From NCBI GenBank assembly GCA_003427395.1, contig BFEA01000005.1:656625-720624 (forward strand): a stretch of DNA of 64,000 bases, read 5' to 3'. The position numbers and the translations under genes are program-made. Source of the stretch: Chara braunii (taxonomy: Eukaryota > Plantae > Charophyceae). The notes under the pieces were generated by a model, which had not been told where the DNA came from, made no database searches, and saw nothing but the letters and a program-made list of their open reading frames with translations. This document shows positions 25,090 to 37,319 of the stretch, piece by piece (the stretch's first letter is position 1; each line of letters opens with the position of its first letter).

Positions 25090-25728
25090 TATATTTTATT
25101 TATTTATTTATTTCTATTTATTCTTTTATTTTATTTTATTTATTTTATTTTATTTATTTATTTTTATTTTTTTCCCTATATTTTTCTCTCAACTTCTGTT
25201 TCTTTGCCTTCCACTACCTACTCCTAAGACTATCTAGAGGGGACCCCTGCAAGCATAGTTTCCTCTCTCTGTGAAGGGGAGATTTCATGTTGCCCCTTGC
25301 CCCTAATGGTTAGGGTATAGGGTTGGGGCTGCCAGTGGGGGTCTGGCTAACACAAAGACCGAGACCTGCCAGTAGTTGTGCCTCCCTTTCTCATCGTCCC
25401 CCACCCTTCATCGAGTAGCAGCAGAGGCTATGGTCAACACTCTCCCACACACCACACACAACCCACTCGCGCTCACACTCACACCCGTGTTCCTGTCTCT
25501 TATACACATCTAGATGTGTATAAGAGACAGCTCTTACACACACCACACACAACCCACTCGCGCTCACACTCACACCCGTGTTGGTCATAGACCCCGCTAA
25601 TACCGATCAGGGGTATCCAGAGGACTATCACAGTCCGTTGGCACTAAGTGCGCCGCAGGCGGCCATGGGGCTTGAACCCACAACCTCCTGAATGCCACTT
25701 GCATGCCTAACCAACTGAGCTAGGCCGC
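25090..25728 (-). mobile_element. tRNA-derived SINE candidate
   Basis: Head 25728-25659: GCGGCC TAGCTCAGTTGG (A box) ... GGTTCAAGCC (B box) ... GGCCGC with a degenerate anticodon arm. Then a unique body and an (AAAT)n-type tail near 25090-25175. No clear TSD. Confidence 0.6.
25493..25530. other. Nextera mate-pair junction adapter (assembly artifact)
   Basis: CTGTCTCTTATACACATCT+AGATGTGTATAAGAGACAG, flanked by a duplicated ~45-bp genomic segment. Confidence 0.98.
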
Positions 25729-26940
25729 TGGATTTCTCTCCCCTTCCCCTCCATAGTTATTATTTTTTTTTCTTGACTAGGTCGCGGCTACCCTCCCTAA
25801 ACCACCTAAACTCCGGTTAGGGTTTTCTTAGGGTTTTCTAGGGTTTAGGGTTCTCCTAACCCCCCCCCCTCCTCCTTACTCTCCCGCCTCCTCGCGTCGG
25901 GCACCCTAGACCCAAACGGCTCCTCTCCCCTCGACCGGATTCATGCCACCATCTCACGCGCGACCCGCTGTCGGTGCGAATACCCTTATAAGGGTATCTG
26001 CCCTTGTTTGTGCAGGCGAAAAAAAATAGTTTTGGCTTAAAGTTTAAGTATACCGCCCGAGCCGCGGTTGAGTCTATGGTTTACGTTGACTGAGTGGTCG
26101 ACTAGAGTAGAGAGTGTGTGGGCGCGCAGATTTAAGGCGTGCGTGATCTCTTTGTCTTTTTTATGATTATCAAAACCGACGTTGGTCGCCGATCGGATCT
26201 TTTATTTTCTGATTAAACTATGATTAAAAAAAATTTTGTCCTTTGATTGATGCGCTTGTCTGTGACTTGCACGTACGTACAGAGGGCGCGACGTCCACGA
26301 CAGCATGGTTTCGTATAGTCGCGCGGTGGGCGCGAAAGGTTGACGGTCGGGAGTTCAGTTGGTAGGCCGATGTGTGGGTTTGAAATGTTTCGATAGATCC
26401 ACACGTAGCGCAATGTTCGCTTATTTTTATGTCCATCAATATTAGACTCAGCGTTGGCCCTAGCGCTGGCGGTTACGGCGTCGGATTTTCATTAGAGAGA
26501 TTCAGGGATCGAGATTGAGAGGTGACGTTGGAACGGTGTTAGTGTTTTCTTTTCCCCGTTAGTCATATTCTGACAATTAAAAATTTAGATATTTTAAATT
26601 ATATTTTTATCATTATTATGTTGCTATGCGTCGACATTTCTTGACTTGGACGCGAAGCCAGATTTAGTGGTCGTCACGGCAGTCGAGAACCTTGAGCACG
26701 CACCTTCCTTGGTTGACTTAAAAGTTCTTGCACGATCGGGATGCTGGCAAGGTCGGTCTGTTCTGACTATTTTTGAAACATGGACCGGGGAGGTCAACGT
26801 GGGTGAGAGTGGCGGGGTCCGTGGTCGTGGCTTCCCTCGCTCCCCACTTGGAGAGCGTCGATAGCCTAAAGTGGAGGGGAAATGGAGAGCATTCCGAGCG
26901 GACCGTGGGACTGCAGCCCGAGTTACGCGAGGGTCGTCGT

Positions 26941-27366
26941 GGGTGCACCGTGCGCCAACCGTGATCAGATGTGGGAGGTTTGAGGGTGTGCATGCCTGCT
27001 GGGACTCGAAAGAGGCCGCAGCAGTGGCTGCTCACCTGTGCACTCCGGTCTTCAAAGCTCTCTTTGGATCTCTGCTACTACCGTCGAGGCCGGTACCGGG
27101 CCCGGGGCACCTAGGCTCGGGCCTGGGTTTGCAACAGGTCCTCGCCCTTGACCCCATGGCCTGCTGCGAGAGGACTGAATGAGAAGCTGCCCGTTGATGG
27201 GCTGAAAAGGATGGCCGGTTGTGCCGATGGGAAGCGCCTGGGTGAACTCTATGGAGACTCGCAGTGACACAGTCGGGGCAACCCGTCCCTCGAACTTGGG
27301 TATGGGGCCAAGGGACAGGTAATACTGTGCGTGGGAGTATGACTGAACGCCTCTAAGGCGGAATTT
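26941..27366 (+). pseudogene. Mosaic of degenerate LSU (25-28S) rRNA fragments
   Basis: GGGTGCACCG..GGTTTGAGGGTGTGCATGCCTGCTGGGACTCGAAAGA (26941-27015); GAACTCTATGGAGACTCGCAG..ACTTGGGTATGGGGC (~27243-27308); TATGACTGAACGCCTCTAAGGCGGAAT (~27338-27364). These resemble non-adjacent conserved LSU segments. Confidence 0.75.
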
Positions 27367-30170
27367 GCGCTTGCAGTGACGACATATGCCTCCTCGGATA
27401 ATACAAGGATTGTCGAACCGTCCTTGTTGAGTTCTCCTCAGGATGGCGTCGCACTAGTTGTCAACCAGACTGAGGATCGAGGCGGAAGGGTGCTTGGGCC
27501 GACTAGCAACTATGGTCTCTAAAGCACCGCTAAGGAAGCCGAGTTGCCCGCCAAGCGGCTGCAATGGTGAAGGAGAGTTGCACCTGGTCGTTGTATTGCA
27601 CCAAGTGCATTCAGAAGCAGACGGCGGAGAGGGGGACAGAAAGAAAGGGCGCTGATCAGGACAGGCAGTGGAGACTATTAAGGCTGGTGCAAGGCGAGGC
27701 GCGAGGACAGCGAAGGGAAAAACGAGGGGGATGAACCTGGCACAGATTCGCGTCAGGGACGTTCGAAGAAAGGCAGTGGTAGAGGTGAGCATGGGCGCAG
27801 GTAAGAAAGTATGTAACTCACTCGATCCTTAACGGATTCGAGCGAGAAAAGAAGCAAGGAGTAGGTTTGTGGTAGGGCGAAGTCGTGTCAGCGGTCAGTT
27901 TGGACAAAGGACTAACGGAGTAGGAGTTAGTAGGGAACAGGGCCGCACGGCGATGCCAGAAGGAGGAGACGATGGGAAGTGAGGAAGTCGGGCTTTCACT
28001 CGATTCTTCGTGGGATTGAGTGAAGGTAGATTGAGATGGGGGTTGTCGGGGTGGGCGAGCCACATGGCGAAGTCGGATTTGGATGAAAGTTAATGGGATG
28101 AATGTTAGGTGAAGAAGGGGGTGCGCGAAGCTATCGAAGGTGGCGGGAGTAAAAGTAGGCTATCCCGCCCGATACTCGGCCAAAATAGGCATATGAGGGT
28201 GCGAGTCAGGGGTTTCAGAGCAAGGTGAGTTGAATGGCGGACCCGGAATCGGGTCAGAAGAGTTAGTCTAGGAGCACTAGAGGAAGGGTTCTTCCTAGCG
28301 ACGGGAGTAGTGAGAGGCCGGTCGCGAGGATTAGGGACTTCCTTGTTGGTCGGCACGATCGGACGGGGCTGCGCATGGGACATGCAATTTCGGAGTGTCG
28401 TGTATTCAGCCGTTTTCCGGCGAAAGGTTCATTCCGAATTTGCCCATCCCACTGGTGGGCGCAACCGTCTCCCTGCGTATATGGCTGCGAGGCAAGGGCA
28501 TCTTCCTGCTTTCTATTGAGAGTTTCATCCGGACCATGCATCGATGAGAGCGGGAGAGGGTTGAAGAGGATAGAGGAAAGTACGTACCTCAGTTGTGGTG
28601 ATAACTTACGTGGTCAATGTCGGCACGATTCGAGAGTTGTCGTTGCTGAAGTCGGCTCGTCGTTTTATCAATTGGTAGAGAAAAGGGAACGAAAACCTCA
28701 CCTGTTTCGAATAGTAAAGTGACAAGCAGTCGGCAGCCAGACACGTACGGGGTGTGAGAAAGGCAAGCGCGGGTACATACCTGGTTTTCACGATGGTCTA
28801 CAAGCTCGACACCTTCACGAACTTCGGTCGCTTCTGCTGACTGCTACAGGTGACTACAAGTTGTGTCGATATGGGCAATACTGTTATGGTGACTGAGTGC
28901 GCTGACCGGATCTTGCTGCAGGCCGGACTGTGTGGTTGTACCACTATTGCTACTATTAAAGGTCCTGTTGCTGCTTGCAAGGAAGTCTGACTACCAGTAG
29001 TTGCCGCAATTTTTACCATGGAGCGTCGCTCTTTCGTTGACTGCCTTTACTTCGCTCGGTGCACCAGGCTGGTGTACCTTGTGGAGTGCAGAGTTGAGGG
29101 TTGAGGGTCATACGCGATTGAAATACGGGGGTATGTCCTGTTCGAAGGCGACTTTCGGAGTCGTGGAGGCTGTTGTTGGTCTCTGACTGAGGTCCGTGTT
29201 GGTACGCAGTAGACCGTCGTGCTGATCGCTGCCTGCTGCGGAGCAAGTACGGTGTTATGGCTTGTTGCATTTGTGTTACGCACTATCTTGGTGCTTTGCT
29301 ACTATGCACAACTATTGGACATGCCGAATGCACTAAAGTCACCGAGGTTACGCCTGAACTTCGAGTAGCATACGAGGAAGGCATCCGAATGCAGGCTTTC
29401 TTAGATGGCGCAGCTGTTGGTTGTCCGAGGTGGAAACCCGGTGACTTCAGAGAGAGGATTAAACATTGTAAGGGGACCGCCGCTACGGTTTGGAGGATCG
29501 TCCGGGAGGGGTTATTCCGTTGGTTGGTCAAATTTTCAGCCATCTTCAGACTATTTTGACTACGGCTCAGTTGTTATTGCTGCGATTTGAAGAGTCGCCA
29601 GGGAGTCTACAACTGGTGGTTGACGTCATTTGGCCAAGCCGTAGCTGCGTTTACTGGCCGCCATTGCGGGGCCCTCAGGCGATGGAAGATAACAAGGCCC
29701 TCTCCTGAGAGTTGAGTCAGTCCCCCTCCTATATCGAGAGAGTCCGAAACCCCTCATTCTGCCCTTCTTAAGTCTAGTCCTGTTTCGAGAGGAAGGCGGC
29801 AGGCGGGATTGCAACCCGTAGGACCACAGCAAGACTCTGTGGGGAGTCAGTCCACCGATTGCGGGAGCTCTGCCGGAACTCAGGAGGAGTTATGGAGGCA
29901 GGGAACTAAGAGGTAATCATTGCTTTCCCTCTATAAACCCAGTTATAACCTTTATCTATACTCCTTGATATGTTTTAACTGAGTATACTGTGTGCATCCC
30001 TACTTTGGCTTTTTCAGTTTGACTTTCAGAACACAAACCAGACTAAGTAAGACATGTGCAATGTCAGTTTCAGTTTTATTGTTTGACTGGAAGCAGATTG
30101 TGGGGTTGCATCTGGGGGAAGGATGGGAGAAAGGCAGTATTGCATGAAGTTTGACTGGGTCAATCAAGGG

Positions 30171-30627
30171 CTGGGCCAGTTCCATAAGTTTGGGAAGGCC
30201 GAGTGCTATGTTTATTTTGAATTGCCGAGAGAACCAGACATGTTCCATAAGTTTGGGTGGTCTGGTTGCTCTGACTTGTGAGGGATGAATATGAACGACT
30301 TTTCAAGGACCAAGCATGTTCCATAAGTTTGGGTGGCTTGGTCGCCTTGTTTACTTTTGTTTTTTTTTGTCAGTTTCTTTTAGTTCCTGAACGAGGAGGA
30401 CTGAGCATGTTCCAAAAGTTTGGGTGGCTCAGCCTCTTCCTGCTTTGGCTTTAAGAGAAATGAATCAAGCTGAGGACCAAAAAATATTCCATAAGTTTGG
30501 GTGGTCTTAGTCCAACACCTCGCACATGCTAGAACCAGAAGGTTATAATTGGGCTATACCTTACTACTATTCTATCTATGAACAGGCTAGTCAGACAGTG
30601 TTCAATAAGTTTGGGTGGTCTGACTAG
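30171..30627 (+). ncRNA. Array of six hairpins with a constant apex and variable covarying stems (type A)
   Basis: Constant TTCCATAAGTTTGGGTG enclosed by a different complementary stem in each unit. Confidence 0.8.
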
Positions 30628-31106
30628 AGCTTATCATAAACTGAAGAGAGTATTAATTAATAATAAAATTGTGGTACGAAGGGGCAGACTGAATCTTGAG
30701 CTAAAGATGATCGGTTCAGTTATATGCTACCTCAAAAGACTAAGTGCAGACAATTATATAAATCTTGGATACTTAAACAGTTCAGGGCGACTAGGGTGGC
30801 CTAGTCACATGCCCAAAGAAGAGAAAAGTTGTTGTGCCCTGTGTTTGTGTATACTCCATGGCTGAACTATTGCTTGATAAATTTGACTTTGGGGATGGTG
30901 AGAGTACTTACCTTTGTGGTTTGGCCTGCATGTGACTGAGTGCGACTACTATTTAGTATGAGTTTAAGTTTGGTAGGTAGTTGCTTTAGTTGCTCGCTAC
31001 TTGCTAGAGTCATAGGAGTTAGTTTCAATTCCTGCATTTTCTTAGCTAAGTTTTTTTTACTTAGATCAATTTTTGCATTTTCTGGGATCTTTTATTATAC
31101 TTGGTC

Positions 31107-31418
31107 TTGTATAAATCTTGGTAAGCCACTTTCTCTACGGGAAGCGCTGCCAAAATTTCTACAAAACCAAGGAGTTAGTCAGACTTTGTTTTTTTCAGGG
31201 TCTAGTTCTTTTGACTTTTTGGCTTAGTAAAAATTTGGAAAGACTCCTTTTCTAAAAGGAGTGCTGCCCAAATTTTTGCTAATCCAGGGAGTTAGACAAA
31301 ATTAGACTTTGAAAAGTCAGAGTCATTTTAGATTTTGAACTTAGCTTTGTATAAATCTTGGAATAACACTTTCTCTTCGGGAAGCGCTGCCAAAATTTTC
31401 TTTGTTTAAAGGAGTTAG
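31107..31418 (+). repeat. Three ~120-bp-spaced hairpin units (type B), each followed by GGAGTTAG
   Basis: AAAT(C/T)TTGG...GYGCTGCC(A/C)AAATTT stems; two homologous units on the minus strand at 41318-41512. Confidence 0.7.
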
Positions 31419-33324
31419 ATTATATTTCGACAGGTGGCGATTCTGGAAAATCCACTCTGTATAGAGGAGATTCTGTCAGGGTCTACCTTTCTTTTGATAC
31501 TTGCTTAGAGGTAGACTTAGGCTTAGTTAGATTGAATGATTTTGAGCAAGATTGTGATATGGAGATTATTCGCCATAGACTTATAAATTTAGCTTCATGT
31601 CTTGTGTTACAGGTCGTCTTGATCGATTGATTCAAAATTTGGGCTAGATTTAGCTTAATACTACAAGGATCATCTTCTGTTATCACTGATAACAGGTTGG
31701 TTGTCGATTCGTCGATTTACGATTTAACTCCAATCCACTCCCGCCACTCAACCTAAAGGCTTTAGCGTTGTGATTTAAACTCTTTTGTTGTGTTTTCGCC
31801 CGGACTTTATTTGAATGGCCATTTAAAGAAAAGTACTGAGTATTTTATATTAAGAGTTGCACAAAGAGTGGGGCTTGTATGGCTAAAAGCAAGGGGTGTG
31901 AGTGCAGAGAATGGTTGAAGTTGACCCCGTGTAGTGCATGGACTTTTGGTTGAATCTTTGATGTGATTGCAGGTATGTTTGGTGATTCGGACTTTGGATT
32001 TGACTGTCTGCGCTCATATACATATATATGGCTGCGAAGAGTCCGACTGTGATTGTGAGAAGTGATCGTCACATATTTATAACCCTTTATATATATGTAA
32101 ATACATATACCTTGAGTGTTTCGGGCGACCTACTGTGACCGCGGGTAAAGGTTAAACAGATTATGTTTTTGAGAGAAAAGGGACTTCCCCTTTTTAGCCT
32201 TTACTTTTTAGAATTTCTATGGTTGGACGTTGTAGTCCGTGGCAGCTGTCAATGTCAAACCCCTTGATTTCTCTCCGGGCCCTAGGTGAAGGAGCTGGTC
32301 TCCAAGGCGATAAGAGACGATTGCCACCACAGGTATGAACCTGTGTACCACCCACTCTTCGCAGGGTGCAGAAGAGGGTGTGGTTCTCAACCGCACTTGG
32401 CTCTTGTCCAGCATCGAGAGATCAATCCCTCAAGGCGCGTGTCAGCCGACACTTGAGTGTCGATTGTGACCCTCAAAATTAACGAGGACGGCATGAGTAT
32501 GGGTATTACATAGTACGCCATCATTGCGACTGCTTGCGTTTGCTTGCATTGCGAGTCGATATGAGTTAGCCCTGCGTCCGCGCGATTTTTATACTAAGTC
32601 TCGCGCGCGTCGCCTATCCGAATTTCACGTCGGAGAGTTATGGGATGACTACTAAGGGACTAGGAGTGTTGTTGCGTTGTTTGTTCAGTGTCGTTCTGTA
32701 TATGTATATGTATGTGTGTGTGTGTGTGCGTGCTTTTATTTTTATGTTCTTTATAGTGGTGTGCGTGTGGCGTGTGGCATGCGCCCTAGTCGACCGGCAA
32801 CGAGTTGCGCTTGGGACCTCAGCCCCCCAAGATGCCGGTTCGCGCGCGGGTTCGATAGAGGCGTAATACCGCGCGTACCCCCTATGCTACAGCGAACGAG
32901 AAACGCCCTCGGTTGGTCCACCTCTGCGATTGCAACTGATAAGCTTTCGTACTGTGGACTAGTAGCTCGGCGGGGATACACCCACCGAAGGGAGGTGACA
33001 ACTCCCGTAAGGTGGAGGTAAGTCGTGCCTTGCGTAGGCCCTATCCTGTCGTAGGGGCTCGCGAGAGGTATGGCTGGCGCACTCGGTCGGAGCGGCTTGC
33101 GGAAGCTCCATGTATATTCGCAACGAAGGAACAGACCAACTCTTGCGTGACGCGGCCGGGAGGGTCCCGCGCTGCCTTGTGCGGTGCCGGACCGATGCGC
33201 TCGACACCGCTGGTCACTGGGCGAGCCGACCCACGATTACCCACTCCGCTCTCGCGGTCCCCTCCCTCTCGCCGGTGGTCCCCTGTCCCCATACCACAAC
33301 CCATATCTCCCCCCCCCTCCCACC

Positions 33325-33783
33325 ATGTCTACTTCTCTCTCTCCACCACCCACGGACAGGGCTACAACTGAGGAGCTCGTCGCGGCGCCGTCCACCTCTC
33401 AGGCATCCACCCACCCGACGGCCCAGGAACAACACGTTGTGGACCCCACGGACCTCCGCGCTATTCTTGCGTCTCTCCTCGCACCTCTGCAAGCGCGACT
33501 TGATGCGCTTGCACCCTTGGAGAGGCAAGTCAATGCGCTCGCCCTTGAAGTTCACCACCTCAAGGGCTCTCCTCATCGCTCTCCCCACCGCTCTCAGACC
33601 CCATTGCCTACCAGCTCGGAGTTCGGCTCTCCACAACTCCGGCGACGGAGACGTGGTTCGTTCTCAAAACGAAGTGTGGTCAGACCCATCGCGTTCCCTT
33701 CATTGGAACCACGGGCGACACCCCTCCTGACCTACCTCCCTAGGACCCTCATCCCTCAGGGTTGCACCCCAACGTCGCCTTGA
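33325..33783 (+). pseudogene. gag: gag N-terminal remnant of chromovirus element 2 (gag core and protease apparently deleted)
   Basis: CACCATG start; coiled-coil-like LRAILASLLAPLQARLDALAPLERQVNALALEV; joins directly to the pre-RT region. Confidence 0.55.
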
Positions 33784-34099
33784 CTTCCCCTCGTCAGTTT
33801 GCTCACTTCATACGACAGGAGGACGTTACGTTCTACTCAGTGAACGTCATGGATCTTCTTCGCTATGATCCACTCTGAGCCGAGGTTGAGCTCATCTCTC
33901 TGGAGCCCGATCCCCCTGGCCCTTCCTCCATCTTCGTGGCTCCCATCTCTACGTCCACCCGTTAGCCTGCGGATACCCCCTCCACGTCCCAGACCCCTGC
34001 TCCGTCGACTGTCGAGTCCACACATGCGTCTCGTGCCGATGCAGACATTGAGGAACTCACACGGTTCACAACAGACTTAGAGTCCGTCGTTCGCTACCT

Positions 34100-37000
34100 G
34101 ATTCGAGAGTACCGCGACGTCTTCTCTCCGTTTTTCTCATGCATCGGGATCCCTCCGATGCGCGGTGTTGAGCATTCTATCCAGCTCGTGCCTAACTATC
34201 GTGTTCACCATCAGGCACCGTATCAACTCTTGATTCCAGAGGCGACGGAACTCAAGCGTCAGCTTGAGGAGCCCCTTCGACCGAGTTTCATTAAACCCAG
34301 TAAATCCCCTTGGGGTGCACCCGTCCTCTTTGCTCGCAAAGCGGACGAAACTCTCCGCCTCTGCATCGACTACCACAGTCCGTTACACGGTTAAGAACAG
34401 TATCCCATGCCTCGCGTGGATGAGCTGTTTGACCGTCTGGCAGGCAACCGCTTCTTCACGAAGATCGATCTTCGTAGCGGTTACCACCAGATCCGCGTTG
34501 CCGCAGAGGATCAGCCGAAGACCGCCTTCCGGTCGCGCTTCGGCCACTACGAGTTCACGGTGATGCCATTCGGCCTCACCAATGCACCCGCCACCTTCCA
34601 GACGGCGATGAACGACATCTTCAGGGACATCCTTGAAGAATACGTTCTCGTATACCTGGACGACATCTTGGTCTACAGTCGTACCTTAGAAGACCATATC
34701 AGACACCTCCGCGATGTCCTACAGAGCTTATGCAAGCATGGTTTCTATGCCGAGCTTAGTAAGTGCCGCTTTGCCCAGCGCAAAGTGGACTTCCTAGGAC
34801 ATTATGTTTCTGACCAAGGTCTCCACATGGACGACGCAAAGATCATTGCTGTTGCAGAGTGGCCCGTCCCCACCTCTGCCAAGCAACTTCGCAGTTTCTT
34901 AGGCCTCACCAGCTACTATAGTAATTTTATCCAGGGATACGCTAGGTATTCCTACGTCCTTACCTCCAACCTCCTCCGTAAGAACCCGTCGTGGTTTTGG
35001 ACACCCCTGTGTGAGGACGCCTTTCGCGCCCTCAAGAAGGCAATGACTTGTGCGCCGGTTCTTTGCCTCCCCGATTTTAATTGTCCCTTTATCGTCACCA
35101 CCGATGCGTCAGATTTTGCAATAGGAGCAGTCCTCTTTCAGGTGTTTCCCTCTTGTCCGGATTCATTTTATCCCCATGTTCCTCCTTCCCCCCCCCCTCC
35201 TGCTGACACTGCTTCTCGACTGACGCCTACCCTCCCACCACTTCCCTCCACTGACAGTCCTCCCGTTACTTACTCCCCGACCATCGCGGAGGATGGGACT
35301 GTCGAGGCCCGTGCTGGGGATTGCCCTATCGCCTTCTACTCCCATCAGCTACTGCCTGCCGAGATAAACTACACTGTCGATGAACGTGAGGTTCTCGCAG
35401 TAGTTTATGCTACTCGGCACTGGCGTCATTACCTGCACGGGGCGCCCTTCACGGTGCGCACGGACAACTCAGTTGTCCAGGCTTTCCTCACGAAGCCCAA
35501 ACTCTCCCCTCGACAGACACGTTGGTGGCGTGACTTATCCGAGTTCAGTTTCACCACTCAGCCCATCAAGGGTGAAACGAACCGCGTCGCCGATGCCTTG
35601 TCCCGCCCTCCTGATCATAATCAGGAACCCATCCATCTTGTTGCCATCTCCATCACCACTGTTGATCAGTCGGTGATCGACGCATATCGCACCCAGCACC
35701 GTCACTGCCCGGATTATTGCGTCATCCATGCGACGCTTCGGAGTGGCAAGACCGTTCCCTCATACTCCCTTGGTGAGAACGGTCTCGTGTACTGGCATGG
35801 CAGATCTGGTCAGCTAGAACCACGTATCTGCGTTCCCTCCACCAGACAACTCCTCGTTCAGGCTATAGCAGAGTTCCATGACCAAGCAGTTGTCGGTCAT
35901 ATGGGCTTCCACAAGATGTTGGCTCGTGTTTGCCGCCTATACGTCTAACCGAAGTCCAAGGACTTCGTCAAAGCCTACATCCAACAGTGCGAACCACCTT
36001 CCGTATGGGTTACTTCAGCCCCTACCCATACCTGAGGGTCGTTGGCAGTCCATCTCGATGGATTTCATTGGTCCCCTCCGCCCACCCACTGAGCGCGGTC
36101 ATGATGCTATCTTGGTCGTTGTCGATCGCTTTACGAAGCGTGCACGTTTTGTCTTGTGCCGCTATCGTATTAGCGCTCGTGAGGTCGCCGACATCGTCTT
36201 CGACCGATTCGTGAGAGATCATGGCTTACCTCAGAGCATCATCTCCGACTGTGACCCGCGCTTTACCAGCATATTCTGGCGACGCCTACACGAGGTGTAC
36301 GGATCCCAGCTCCGCTTCTCATCGTCTTACCACCCTCAGACAGATGGTCAGACCGAGGTCGCCAATAAAACTCTCGGTAATATCCTCCGAAAGTTTGTTA
36401 GGGATGACCAGCAGTGGGACTTACACTTAGCCCACGCGGAGATTGCGTACAACCACGTTGTTTCGCTAGCCGCGGGGATGCCGCCATTCTATTGCGACCT
36501 CGACTACCACCCTCGCTTACCCGCGGACTTCCTACAACCATCGTGGTTGCGCCCAGACACTCGTTGTCCTGCACTGGATGACTGGATCGCCCACATAGTG
36601 GCGATTATGAAGCGCGCACACGAGAGTCTAGCCGATTCCCAGACTCGCATGGCCGCACGAGCAAACCGATCATGAATGGATCACCCATTCAAAGTCGGTG
36701 ACGATGTGCTCGTCGATGCACGCCACTTACAGCTCGAAGCAGATACGCTTCGCAAGTTCAGGCGTCGTTTCTTTTGTCCATGCCGCATCCTTCAGGCCGT
36801 CGGTTCTCATACTGCCTCTAGCTCGGTCAGCTTCCGTGTGAAGCTACATGATTACTTCGACAGGCTCGCGTACACGATGTTTACCGCGTCTCCTTGCTGC
36901 GTCCTTATCGCAGACCGTCCGAGCGCTTCGCCGGACGTCCTTATGAGCGCCCTCCACCTATCATGGTGGACGGTCACGAGGAGCTCGTTGTTTCCGACAT

Positions 37001-37319
37001 CGTATCTCACCGAGTTACCGACGACACCCCTCCACGCATCGAGTACCTTGTGCGTTGGAAGGGCTATCCTGATGAGGAGGCTACTTGGGAGCCCCTCGAG
37101 CACCTGGAGCACGCTCGAATGTTGGTGCGTGCATATGATCGTGCTCGTCATGCTGAGACATCTACTCCTACTCAGCCGACTGACCATCCTCCTCCTCCTA
37201 CGACTGAAGAGATTGCTGAGGACGAGCCTGCTCCCTCTGAGGCCGTTCTTCAGCAGCAGATGGGCGCCTCTGCGCGTCCACAACGCACTCGTCGACGTTC
37301 TCGACGTCTTGACGATTGA
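34100..37319 (+). pseudogene. pol: Chromovirus Ty3/Gypsy pol (RT, RNase H, integrase, chromodomain) with frameshifts and stops (element 2)
   Basis: SPWGAPVLFARK, KIDLRSGYHQI, MPFGLTNAPATF, VYLDD, TDASDFAIG, VADALSR, ISMDFI, ISDCDPRF, PQTDGQTE; chromodomain EYLVRWKGYPDEEATWEPLEHL (~36980-37140). Confidence 0.97.

Larger units (their letters stand above)
25966..32158 (+). mobile_element. Family X large non-coding repeat, copy 2 (most complete; right boundary uncertain)
   Basis: Collinear homology with copies 1 and 3. Shared terminus CGCTGTCGGTGCGAATACCC. No conserved ORF. Confidence 0.75.

Noticed and set aside
25493-25530. Tn5/IS50 mosaic ends as a real transposon or HGT
   Set aside because: Back-to-back 19-bp mosaic ends are the Nextera mate-pair junction adapter
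25659-25728. Functional tRNA gene
   Set aside because: The anticodon arm is non-canonical and there is no poly-T terminator directly after it; a SINE head is more likely
25817-25850. Interstitial telomere
   Set aside because: Only four degenerate TAGGG units; at most telo-box-like
30171-30627. CRISPR array
   Set aside because: Irregular spacing, spacer ends pair across each repeat, no cas genes, eukaryotic repeat context; reported as a hairpin array instead
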